From assembly GCA_036676805.1 (NCBI GenBank), contig JAKFCD010000074.1, forward strand, positions 40,072 to 104,071: DNA of 64,000 bases, read 5' to 3'. The notes beneath the pieces are model-generated. The model made no database searches. It saw only the letters and a program-made list of their open reading frames with translations, and was not told the DNA's origin. Every line of letters begins with the position of its first letter. The first letter of the stretch is position 1. Shown here in pieces: positions 46,218 through 55,358 of the stretch. The stretch comes from Elusimicrobiota bacterium. GTDB taxonomy: Bacteria > Elusimicrobiota > Elusimicrobia > UBA1565 > UBA9628. A program made the translations under genes and the position numbers.

Positions 46218-48827
46218 TCAGCGCGACTCGAGGCTGCGGAACCAGCTCTGGATCGCGTCCGCGTGCCGGCGCACCTCGTCCTGCGGGCCTTCGATGATCA
46301 GCAGGTAGTCGGTGCTGAGCCAGCCGCCGTAGGACTTGAGCTCGTACTTGACGCCGGCCTCGTCGAGGTAGCGGCGCAGCTGGTTGACGACCCGGCCCCG
46401 GTACAGCGCTCCGACCGAGAACGTGATCTTCGCCTTCACCGCCGGCGAGCCGTCCGCCGCGGCGAGCAGCCCCGTGTTCATCGAGCCCTCGCCGAGGCTC
46501 TCGACGCCCGTCAGGCTCACCGCGGACAGCGGTCCCGCCAGGCGCGACAGGAGGCTCGCGACGCCGCCGGAGCGGCTCTGCGGAAGGTCGATGCCGTGGG
46601 CCTTCGCCGCCGCGCGGATCTCCGCCTCATGCAGGATCGTGCCGTCCTTGGCGGTCGCGTTGACGAGCACCTGCGCCATCGCGTCCGGGATGCGCGAGGT
46701 CTTGGCGAACATCGTCGGCAGGACCAGCGACTCGGCCACGGCCGCGCCCTCGGCGTCGCCGAGCTTGGCCATCAGCGCCTTGCGCAGCTTCCACGCGAAG
46801 CCGCCCCACGCCTGGCCCTGGTCGTGGACCTCGTCGTACTCGTTGTACTGATACTTGTTCTCGCCGTGGCGGATGTAGTCCACGCCGCCGCGGGGCTGCT
46901 TGAGGAAGCCCTCGCCGATGATCGGGTTGTTCAGGCGGAACATCGAGAGGATGTCGCCCCAGCCCTCGGACATGCCGCCGTTGACGATGCCGCCGGTGAA
47001 GTCGTCCCAGTAGTGGCCGTTCTCGTGCTCGGCGACGGTGTCGTAGGCGGAGTTGACGCAGTTCTTGCTCGACCGGAAGAAGTTGAGGGTCGGGCGGCCC
47101 GGCGTGTAGTAGGCGTTGCACTCGTCGTTGATGTTCGTGCGGACCGGGAGCTGCATCTTGTCCATGCGCTCGTTGCTGAGGCCGCGCTCGCGCAGGAAGT
47201 TGAGGGACAGGTTGACCTTGTGGAAGGCGTTGACCTGCGCCAGGGTGTTCTCGTCGGCGATGCCGGCGTTGGGGTTGAACACGACCTTGTTCTCGCCGGC
47301 CGTGACGGTCACCTTGATCGAGAGCGTCTTGCCCTGCTGGTTCTCGACGCGGACGTAGGGGCCGGCGAGGGTGGCGGTGAGCTCGAGCCCATCGGGCCCG
47401 ACCTCGAGGCCGAGGTCCTTGGGCAGGTCGCCGTTCTTGTCGGTGACGTAGGTCTTCCCGCCGATCTTCACTTCCATGAAGGGCATCGCGACCTCGCTGA
47501 CGACGGCGCCCTCGCGGATCGGGCCGCGGTCGACGACGTGGCCGCTGACCTTGCCGTTCACGCCGCGCGCGGCCGGCGCCGCGGGCGCCTGGAAGTTCTC
47601 GAGGCCGGCGCGGTTGTCCCACGCGAACACCAGGCCGCTGACGACGTCCACGGCCACCATGACCGGCAGGCCCTCCGCGACGTAGAGCTTCACGTTGCGC
47701 CACGCGCCGCGGGAGTAGACGATCTTCTGCTCGTAGAACTCGAAGGAGGAGGCGACGTCGGAGGTCGGGACGCCGGTGCGCTCGGCGATCTTCTCCATGA
47801 TCTGGTCGTCGGTCAGGACGGTCTCGGTGTTGACGTCGAGCTGCGGGAAGATCTGGCCGGTCTGCGCGACGATCGTCGGCCGGCCGTCCAGGGTCTTGAT
47901 CGTGAAGGAGAGCGCCGAGCCGTTGACGACGAGGCCGCTCTTGGTCTGGCGGAAGTACACGAAGAGCGTGTCGGCCTGCTCGCCCTTGCCGGTGAATTTC
48001 TGCGCGTGGATAAGACGCAGGTCGGCGCTCGACACGCCGTAGCGCGCCGGATCGGCGTCGATCATCGCCTTGACGGCGTTCACGACGGCCGTGCCGTCGT
48101 TCGGGTCGGCCGCGAGCGCCTTGCGGCTCGTCTCGAAGATGCCGCCGACGTCGCGGGCGCCCGGGAGGCCGTACGCCTCGACGCGCGTGGTCGGCTCGCG
48201 GTCGGGGGAGGGGATGGTCGGCTGCTCGTCGGTCGCGGTGCCGTTGGGTAGCGACAGGGGCTTCTGCTCCTGGAGGCCCATGCGCGAGAAGACCGGCGCG
48301 GGGCGCTCGGAGGCGCCGTCGAAGGAGACGGAGGCGGCGGGACGGCGCAGCAGGGTATCGAGGATGCGGCTGCCCAGGCTCTTCGTCGCGGCGGCGGCCT
48401 TGGCGGCGGGCGCCTGCGCCGCGGGGACCGCGGCGTATTCGGCGGCCTCGGCGGCGAGGCTCGTCGCGGCGGCGCCGGGGGTGGGGATCGTGATCGACTT
48501 CGCGCCGTCGGGCGCCGCGGCGGCCGGGATGACGACGGTCAGGGCCGAAGGCGCCTGGAGGGCGGCGGACGGGATCGCGGACGCCAGCGGAGAGGGGGTC
48601 ATGGCGGGCGCGGAGAGGGAGCCGTTGAGGCCGAGGGCCGCGGGGGAGTTCGAAAGGGAGCCTGCGCCCGAGCGGATGCCGCCGCCCAGCGCGGGCACGA
48701 CGGGGACTCCGGCGCTCGAGCCGGCGCCCACCTGCACGCGCATTTGCGCGGCGGCGGGAAGCGGGCCGGAGGCGAGGAAAAGGGAGAGTGCGAGGAACAC
48801 GGGAGACAGGCGGGTTTCTTTCTTCAT
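46218..48827 (-). CDS. secreted HExxH zinc metalloprotease with FTP and PepSY-type propeptide region (M4/M36-like)
   Basis: 869 aa with a signal peptide. The propeptide-like region reads FTGKGEQADTLFVYFRQTKSGLVVNGSALSFTI. The active-site motif is VAEHENGHYWDDFTGG. Confidence 0.7.
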   Translation of the reverse strand: MKKETRLSPVFLALSLFLASGPLPAAAQMRVQVGAGSSAGVPVVPALGGGIRSGAGSLSNSPAALGLNGSLSAPAMTPSPLASAIPSAALQAPSALTVVIPAAAAPDGAKSITIPTPGAAATSLAAEAAEYAAVPAAQAPAAKAAAATKSLGSRILDTLLRRPAASVSFDGASERPAPVFSRMGLQEQKPLSLPNGTATDEQPTIPSPDREPTTRVEAYGLPGARDVGGIFETSRKALAADPNDGTAVVNAVKAMIDADPARYGVSSADLRLIHAQKFTGKGEQADTLFVYFRQTKSGLVVNGSALSFTIKTLDGRPTIVAQTGQIFPQLDVNTETVLTDDQIMEKIAERTGVPTSDVASSFEFYEQKIVYSRGAWRNVKLYVAEGLPVMVAVDVVSGLVFAWDNRAGLENFQAPAAPAARGVNGKVSGHVVDRGPIREGAVVSEVAMPFMEVKIGGKTYVTDKNGDLPKDLGLEVGPDGLELTATLAGPYVRVENQQGKTLSIKVTVTAGENKVVFNPNAGIADENTLAQVNAFHKVNLSLNFLRERGLSNERMDKMQLPVRTNINDECNAYYTPGRPTLNFFRSSKNCVNSAYDTVAEHENGHYWDDFTGGIVNGGMSEGWGDILSMFRLNNPIIGEGFLKQPRGGVDYIRHGENKYQYNEYDEVHDQGQAWGGFAWKLRKALMAKLGDAEGAAVAESLVLPTMFAKTSRIPDAMAQVLVNATAKDGTILHEAEIRAAAKAHGIDLPQSRSGGVASLLSRLAGPLSAVSLTGVESLGEGSMNTGLLAAADGSPAVKAKITFSVGALYRGRVVNQLRRYLDEAGVKYELKSYGGWLSTDYLLIIEGPQDEVRRHADAIQSWFRSLESR

Positions 48828-48964
48828 GGGCGCATCCTATCAACTCCCGCGATTCGGGCATGAGGGCCGATGGTCCTTGGGCCTCTGGGGGATAGGGCCC
48901 AGAAGATTCCGGGACCTTCGGCCCGCCGACCCGCCCTCGCGCGATTTGATATCATGGGGTCCCC

Positions 48965-50035
48965 ATGGAAATCGGCATCGTCGGTCTGCCCAACGTCGGA
49001 AAGTCCACCATCTTCAACGCATTGACCTCCGGTAATGCGGCGGCTTCCAATTACCCGTTCACGACCATCGAGCCGAACGTGGGCGTCGTCGGCGTTCCCG
49101 ATCCGAGGCTGCAGCGCCTGACCGAACTGGCCAAGCCCAAAAAAACGATCCCCGCCTCCTGCCGTTTCGTCGATATCGCCGGTTTGGTGAAAGGCGCCGC
49201 CTCCGGCGAAGGTCTCGGCAACAAATTCCTGGCCAACATCCGCGAAGTCGACGCCATTCTCCATATGGTCCGCCTGTTCCAGGACCCGGACGTCATTCAT
49301 ACCATGGGCGGCGTGGACTTCAAGCGGGATATAGACGTCATCGAGACCGAGCTGATGCTCGCCGATCTCGAGAGCATCTCCAAGCAGTACGACAAGGTCT
49401 CCGGCAAGGCCAAGTCGGGCGACAAGGCCGCCAAGGAGGCGATGGTCGTGCTCGACGCCCTCAAGGGCGGCCTCGAGGCGGGCAAGCCCGCTCGCGCCCT
49501 CGGCCTCGACGCGAAGTCGCTTGGCGACTTCGCCCTCTTGACCGCCAAGCCCGTCCTCTACGTCGGCAACACCGACGAGAATCCCGATCCCGCGACGCTC
49601 GCGGAGTTCAAGTCCTTCACCGCGGCCCGCGGCTCCGAGTCCGTCGTGATCTGCGGCAAGCTCGAGAGCGAGATCGCCCAGCTCTCCGGCGAGGACCGCG
49701 AGATGTTCATGAGGGAGCTCGGCATGAAGCAGAGCGGCCTCGAGACCGTCATCGTCGGCGCCTACAAGACCCTCGGCCTCTGCTCCTACTTCACCGTCGG
49801 CGTCGAGGAGGTCCGCGCCTGGACCATCCGCGTCGGAGACAAGGCCCCGCGCGCCGCGGGCGTCATCCACACCGACTTCGAGAAAGGCTTCATCAAGGCC
49901 GACATTTACGGCTACTCCGACATCGACAAGCTCGGCTCCGAGGCCGCGCTGCGCGAGAAGGGCCTCATCCGTTCCGAAGGCAAGGAGTACACGGTCAAAG
50001 ATGGCGACATCTGCCACTTCAAGTTCGCCAACTGA
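48965..50035 (+). CDS. ychF: ribosome-binding ATPase YchF
   Basis: 356 aa. It has [18 protein letters not shown] (G1), the NxxE motif and the C-terminal TGS domain. Confidence 0.95.
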   Translation: MEIGIVGLPNVGKSTIFNALTSGNAAASNYPFTTIEPNVGVVGVPDPRLQRLTELAKPKKTIPASCRFVDIAGLVKGAASGEGLGNKFLANIREVDAILHMVRLFQDPDVIHTMGGVDFKRDIDVIETELMLADLESISKQYDKVSGKAKSGDKAAKEAMVVLDALKGGLEAGKPARALGLDAKSLGDFALLTAKPVLYVGNTDENPDPATLAEFKSFTAARGSESVVICGKLESEIAQLSGEDREMFMRELGMKQSGLETVIVGAYKTLGLCSYFTVGVEEVRAWTIRVGDKAPRAAGVIHTDFEKGFIKADIYGYSDIDKLGSEAALREKGLIRSEGKEYTVKDGDICHFKFAN

Positions 50036-51203
50036 AGCCTCGTTGCTTTGCCGGCATTTCGGCACGTGTGGCGGCTGCTCCCTCCAAGACAAGCCTTACG
50101 ACGTTCAGCTCGTCCTGAAGAAAGAAAAAGTCCTCGCAGCCTTGGCGGGCTTCGAGGGCCTTCCCGCTCCATCCCTCATCGGCGCCCCCGACATCTGGAA
50201 CTACCGCAACAAGATGGAGTTCAGCTTCGGCGACGTATACCCTCCCGTTGAGGGCAAATGGCTCAAGCTGGGCATGAAGCCCAAGGGCCGCTGGTACGAG
50301 ATCCTCGACCTCCAGGAATGCCGCCTCCCCAGCCCCGAGGCGGCCAAGCTCCTCGCCTCCGTGCGCGCCTGGGCCGAACGCGAGAAGGTCCCTCCGTACA
50401 ACTCCCATAAGAAGGTGGGCGTGCTGCGCCATCTGGTCATCCGCGAGGCCAAGAACCGCCCCGAGCGGATGGTCCTGCTGGTCACGACGGACGGGAATAT
50501 CCCCAAGGCTTCCTTTATAGAAGCCGTGCAGGCGGTCTATCCCGCGACGACCGTCCTCCTCGGCTCCAACGCCAAGGAGTCCGACACCGCGATCTCGGAC
50601 TCGATGGAAACCTTGATGGGGCAGGGCTTCATCACGGAAACGCTGTACTTCCCCGACGGCGCCGTCGACTACCGCATCTCTCCGCACTCCTTCTTCCAGA
50701 CCAACACCAAGGGCACCGAGGCGCTGTACGGCCTGCTGCGTTCCTGGACGCGCGAGCTTGCGGACACGAGCGCGGTTCTCGACCTGTACTGCGGCGGCGG
50801 CGGCATCGCGCTGTCGCTGGCGGGGGCGGCGCGCAAGGTCGTCGGCGTCGAGCTCAACGCCTCGGCCGTGGCCGACGCGAAGGCCAACGCCGAGCGCAAC
50901 GGATTCAAGAACTGCGAGTTCTACTGCGCCCCCGTCGAACTGCTCCTGCCGTCCTTGCTCGACATGCGGCCGCAGGCCGTCATCGTCGACCCGCCCCGCG
51001 CGGGCCTGCACGCGAAGGCCTCCGCGACCTTGCTTGAGATGGCGCCGCCGCTGATCTTCTACGTCTCCTGCAATCCCGAGTCGCTGGCCCGCGACCTCAA
51101 AGTCCTCGAGCCGAAGTACGCCGTCGACCGCCTCGTCGTGGTCGACCTCTTCCCCCACACGGACCACGTCGAGACCGTCGTCCGCCTCGTGCCCCGCGGG
51201 TAA
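50001..51203 (+). CDS. RumA/RlmD-family 23S rRNA (uracil-C5)-methyltransferase with an N-terminal 4Fe-4S cluster
   Basis: It has CRHFGTCGGC (Cys cluster), FFQTN, LDLYCGGGGIAL (motif I) and DPPRAG. ATG 50001 overlaps ychF by 35 nt. TTG at 50043 is an alternative start. Confidence 0.85.
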   Translation: MATSATSSSPTEASLLCRHFGTCGGCSLQDKPYDVQLVLKKEKVLAALAGFEGLPAPSLIGAPDIWNYRNKMEFSFGDVYPPVEGKWLKLGMKPKGRWYEILDLQECRLPSPEAAKLLASVRAWAEREKVPPYNSHKKVGVLRHLVIREAKNRPERMVLLVTTDGNIPKASFIEAVQAVYPATTVLLGSNAKESDTAISDSMETLMGQGFITETLYFPDGAVDYRISPHSFFQTNTKGTEALYGLLRSWTRELADTSAVLDLYCGGGGIALSLAGAARKVVGVELNASAVADAKANAERNGFKNCEFYCAPVELLLPSLLDMRPQAVIVDPPRAGLHAKASATLLEMAPPLIFYVSCNPESLARDLKVLEPKYAVDRLVVVDLFPHTDHVETVVRLVPRG

Positions 51204-51252
51204 TCTTTCTTATCCCCTTGCCGACGGCGCCCGTTCCCGCTATCCTTGGGCC

Positions 51253-51846
51253 ATGCCTCTTCGATTTATTCTCGGCTTTCTGCTCAGCGCCTTTCTCGCC
51301 AACGCGGCTCCTGCCAAAGAATCCGCGAACGATAAATCTGCGACATCGAAATCGACGGTGAAGAGCAAGGAAAAAAACAAACCTGCCAAACAAAAGGTTT
51401 CTCGGACCTGGATGACGGTCGTCGATTACGTTCTTGCCAATGGGATGGGAAGAACTCTGAAGGCACCCCTCACCAAAAATCTGAAATTCGAATCAGATGC
51501 GGTTAGCACAAAGGCGCTTCGCTACAAGCTCGGCGATTCGCCTGACAAGAAGAACCATGCGTTCTATGTGGTCTTCACGGGAAATGAGGATGGAAAACTT
51601 GTTCCCAAAGAATTTGTTGTTGGCAGCGCCTTCGTCGTCAAAAATGACGATGCCAAGTCGGTTGAAGATTTTTTCCTGCGTGTCGATTTGAATGGAAACA
51701 TTGTTGCAGCGGTCAGCAGCAAAGGCCCGTCGGGGAAAGTGATCGAGACCATTCATCCGCCGGATTCGCAAGAAGCCCTCACGGCTCTTAAAGCCGAGAA
51801 ACTGCTACATCTGAAAACCATGGATCTCGAGAAGCTGAGCAAATGA
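51253..51846 (+). CDS. Lys-rich secreted protein encoded in a low-GC island (hypothetical)
   Basis: 197 aa with a signal peptide (MPLRFILGFLLSAFLANAAPA). The gene is about 48% GC against a ~70% background. The codon pattern is still coding-like. Its stop overlaps the next start (ATGA). Confidence 0.6.
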   Translation: MPLRFILGFLLSAFLANAAPAKESANDKSATSKSTVKSKEKNKPAKQKVSRTWMTVVDYVLANGMGRTLKAPLTKNLKFESDAVSTKALRYKLGDSPDKKNHAFYVVFTGNEDGKLVPKEFVVGSAFVVKNDDAKSVEDFFLRVDLNGNIVAAVSSKGPSGKVIETIHPPDSQEALTALKAEKLLHLKTMDLEKLSK

Positions 51847-53033
51847 AACCGCTCATTATTGCCGCGCTTTTATTCGTGAGTGCAGGTCGCGCGCAGGATG
51901 ACGGATGGGCCGAGGATTTGCGGAATGATCAGCAAGAAGTCGAACAGCTTGCCCGTGACGCAAAGGTCCCCGGCATCACTCCCGAAACCGCGTCGGAGCT
52001 CGAGCGACAGCGGTTGGAATCTGTAAAGAGAATCGAAACGATCGCCGATAATCGCCCCGACAATCCCGCCGCCCAGCTCGCCGTCGGCAAAAGCCTCGCC
52101 TCCGTCGAGGAAGCCCCGCGCGCCATCCCCTACGCCGAGCGCGGCCTGGCGCTCGCGGAGAGCTCCGGCGATCCGAAGCTGGTCCGGGAGGCCTTGCTGA
52201 CCGGCTCCGAGGTCTACGCCAAAGCGGGGCGCTACGATCTGGCGCGCGAGCGGGCGGAGCGCGTGCTGAAGACGAACCCTCGCGACAAGGACGCGCTCGC
52301 TCTGTACATGCAGGTCAAAGGCCGTGGGGCTGCCTCGGCGGCTTCGCCTACCGGCGGCAAGACGGCAGGCGCTTACGGTGCGGCCGGCTCGGCCTCTGCC
52401 GGCGCCCCCGCGGCGGCCGCCCCCGGCGCGGCGATGACGAGCCCCGCCTCGCTCGAGGCGCGCAAGCAGATCGCGCTCGGCTGGAGCCGCATCAAGCTCG
52501 ACCCGGCGGCGGCGCTCAAGAGCTTCGAGGCCGCGATCACCGCGGATCCGATGAACGCCGCGGTGCGCGTGCAGCGCTCGAAGGCGCGCCTGGCGGCGGG
52601 CGATTTCCCCGGGGCGCTCGGAGACTCCGACGACGCGATCAGGATGGACCCGAGGCTAGGCGAGGCCTACGCCGCCCGCGCCGAGGCCAAGCGCGCCCTG
52701 GGCCGCGCGGAGGCCGAGCTCGTCACCGACTACGAGGCGGCGGCGAACCTGGACGGACGCTTCGCCGAGGCGTACAAGGCGGTCGTGACGCGTCTTTCGG
52801 CTTCAGCCGAAGGGGGCGCTAGCGCAAGCGGCCCCGGCGACGGCTCGACGGCGGCCGGGCTGCCCCCGCCCGGCGGGCCGCTCGGGCTCTTGGCGCGGTC
52901 GCCCAAGAAGTGGGGCCTGATCGCCCTGTTGTGCGTGCTCGCCGCGCTCGCGGGCGGCCTGTTCGCCCCGCTTCTGCTCAAGAGGCGGCGCTCCCCGGAC
53001 GCGGGCGCCCCTACGCCGACGCCGCGACCCTAG
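51843..53033 (+). CDS. TPR-repeat protein with a signal peptide and a C-terminal membrane anchor
   Basis: 396 aa. TPR-like helices include AYAARAEAKRALGRAEAEL. The C-terminus reads WGLIALLCVLAALAGGLFAPLLL. The first ~230 nt are low GC; the rest is ~75% GC. Confidence 0.7.
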   Translation: MKPLIIAALLFVSAGRAQDDGWAEDLRNDQQEVEQLARDAKVPGITPETASELERQRLESVKRIETIADNRPDNPAAQLAVGKSLASVEEAPRAIPYAERGLALAESSGDPKLVREALLTGSEVYAKAGRYDLARERAERVLKTNPRDKDALALYMQVKGRGAASAASPTGGKTAGAYGAAGSASAGAPAAAAPGAAMTSPASLEARKQIALGWSRIKLDPAAALKSFEAAITADPMNAAVRVQRSKARLAAGDFPGALGDSDDAIRMDPRLGEAYAARAEAKRALGRAEAELVTDYEAAANLDGRFAEAYKAVVTRLSASAEGGASASGPGDGSTAAGLPPPGGPLGLLARSPKKWGLIALLCVLAALAGGLFAPLLLKRRRSPDAGAPTPTPRP

Positions 53034-53071
53034 GGTTATCTCCGACCTAGCTACCGCCCCCGGCGATACGG

Positions 53072-53077
53072 TATAAT
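53072..53077 (+). promoter_or_regulatory. -10 box TATAAT upstream of tRNA-Arg
   Basis: ggTATAATcc lies 20 nt upstream of the mature tRNA 5' end. The -35 is weak. Confidence 0.4.
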
Positions 53078-53097
53078 CCCGCGTCGGGCCGTCGATT

Positions 53098-53170
53098 GCG
53101 CTCGTAACACAAAGGATAGTGTCCCGCCCTGCGAAGGCGGGTATCCAGGTTCGATTCCTGGCGAGCGCAA
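53098..53170 (+). tRNA. tRNA-Arg, anticodon read as GCG (CCA not encoded)
   Basis: Hand-folded cloverleaf. Acceptor GCGCTCG/CGAGCGC, 7 of 7 pairs. D-stem ACAC/GTGT with G18G19 and A20. Anticodon stem CCGCC/GGCGG with loop CTGCGAA (U33, GCG, A37). T-arm CCAGG-TTCGATT-CCTGG. Discriminator A73. Confidence 0.85.
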
Positions 53171-53191
53171 TGGACGGCCCGCCTTTTTTTA
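53160..53191 (+). terminator. rho-independent terminator after the tRNA (hairpin plus T7 run)
   Basis: ggcgagc-gcaatggacg-gcccgcc is followed by ttttttt. It uses part of the acceptor 3' strand. A second hairpin cgcgag...ctcgcg follows at 53194-53218 for the convergent minus-strand gene. Confidence 0.5.
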
Positions 53192-55218
53192 AAGCGCGAG
53201 GGCGGGCAGAAGGCTCGCGTGCTGGTCGGTCCAGGCCGCCGCGCGAGAGGGTCCCACGCCCAGGGCGCGCCACCCCCGCTTCTCGACGAGCGTATCGATC
53301 GCCGCCGCGTCGCGGCTGACGGCCACCCACACCGACGGCACGCTGCCTCCGCCGGGAACGCCCGCGGACAGCTGGCGCTTGGCGGCGGCGGAGAGGCCGA
53401 GGTCGCGCGCCGCCGCGCCGAGCACCGGGCGCAGGTCGAGGTAGCGGTTGGAGACGTGCACGAGGATCACGCCGTCCGGCTTGAGGCGGCCGAGGTAGGA
53501 GGCGAAGGCTTCCTTGGTGAGCAGGTGAATGGGGATGGAGCCGCTGCTGAAGGCGTCGAGTATGAGGCCGTCGTAGGAGGCGCCCTCGGCGCGCTCGAGG
53601 GAGAGCCGGCCGTCGCCGGTCACGACGCGGACCGTGGACGCGCTGCGGCTCAGGTAGGTGAAGGAGCGCTCGGCGATGACGGCCACGTCGGGGTCGAGCT
53701 CGTAGAAGTCCATCGCCATGCCGGGGCGGCCGTAGGCGGCGAGGCTGCCCGCGCCGAGGCCGACGACGCTGACGGTGGTCCACCGGGCGCCGAGCGCCTG
53801 CCACGCCTCCCCGAGGGGGGAGTCGTAGCCGTAATAGGACAGCGGCTCGTCCTGCCGGGCGGGGTCGAGAAATTGCATGCCGTGCTCGGTGTTCCCGTGG
53901 AACATGCTGCGTACGCCCTCCTCGTCGCGGACCGAGTAGACGCCGTAGAAATTGCGCAGGCTGTAGACGGCGCCGGAGCGGGTGCCCGCCGCGCCGATCG
54001 CGCCGGCGACGGTCAGCGCCAGGACGCCCAGCGCCGCCGTCGCCTTGCGGTTCGCGACGACCTGCTCCCAGTCCCGCGCGAGGATCGCGGCGACGGCCGC
54101 GGCCGCGACGGCCGCCCAGTCCAGGGCCACCGCGCCGACGCCGCGGCCCAGAAACGGCACCGCGAGCGCGATGAGCACGCTGCCGAACAGGCCGCCCGCG
54201 GCGATCCAGCTGTAGTACTCGGCCATCGCACGCTCCGACGAGGGACGCGCGACGGCGAGCGAGCGGTGGAAGATCATGCAAAGCGCGAAGAGAGCGAAGA
54301 GCATGTAGCCGAACTTGCCGACGTCGAGCGCGCGGCTCAGGATCTGGGCCGGGGTCGCATCCTGGGCGAACCAGAAGGCGAGGCCGAAAGGGACCAGGCA
54401 CAGCGCGAGCCAGAAGGCGAAGGCCGGGAGCATCGCCCGGTTCAGGCGCTCGGGATACCAGGGCTCGCGCTTGAAGTTGAGGACGAAGGTGAGCAGATAG
54501 GTCGCGAGCGGGGCCGTCCAGAGCAGGGGCACGGCGGCGAAATCCAGGCTAAGGAGATTCGTCGCGGCGAGCAGCGCCGCGCAGGGCGCGGCGCTGAGCA
54601 GCAGCCACAGCGCGCGCTGCCGCGGCGACGGGGCGGGACCCGAGGAGGACGGGGCGGGCGCGGGACCTCGGGGGGCGCAGAAGAAGCACAGCGCCGCGTA
54701 CGCGGCGTAAAGGCCGCGCCAAAGCCAGCCTTGGGCGCTCAGGGCGAGCAGAGGCTCGATGGCGAGCGGATAGGCGACCAGCGCGCAGGCCGCGCCCGCG
54801 TTGGAGGCGGCGAACAGGAAGTAGCCGTCGGCGCGCTCCGCGCACGATGTCCTCATAAGCCAGCTCTGGGCGACCACGACCGTCGTCGAGAGGACGAAGA
54901 ACGGCGGGCCGACCGAGAGGAGCAGAGCCAGGAAAAGCTCGGCGAAAGGAGCCGAGGCCGCGGGCGCGGCCGGCAGAGCCAGGGGGAGGAAGAAGAATGG
55001 AATGGCGAGCGCGACGGCGTGCGCGCGCGGGTGAAGGCGCGCCCGGCGGCCGTAGAGGTAGGCCGCGAGCAGCAGGGCTTGAAAAAACATCATCGCGCCG
55101 GTCCATACGTAGGCGCTGCCGCCGAAGCGGGGCAGGAGCAGCTTGGCGGCGGCCAGCTCCAGGCAGAAGGCGAGGAAGGAGCCGAGGAACGCGAGGGCCT
55201 GGAAACGCAGTCTCTGGG
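53189..55218 (-). CDS. fused polytopic membrane domain plus C-terminal spermidine-synthase-like (PABS fold) protein
   Basis: About 10 TM helices, then VVGLGAGSLAAYGRPGMAMDFYELDPDVAVIAERSF...RVVTGDGR...YDGLILDAFSSGSIPIHLLTKEAF. The start is uncertain: TTG near 55218, or a downstream ATG (MMFFQ) at about 55059. The table start 55387 runs into the AT-rich promoter region and the divergent gene. Confidence 0.7.
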
Positions 55219-55358
55219 GCAACCCGGACAGTGTATATATTTCTAAAACTTGCCCGGACGGGCGCTCTTGCGCTCGCGGCGCAACGGGGCTACAGTCTGC
55301 AGGGAACTTAGCGGCCGCGACGTTGTCCAAATCGCATCCTATGCCCGGTGAGAGCGCC

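Noticed and set aside
55143-55358. 72-aa extension of the A2M ORF and the 55219..55387 extension of the PABS-fusion ORF
   Set aside because: Both run into the shared AT-rich promoter region. The signal peptide of A2M begins at ATG 55359.
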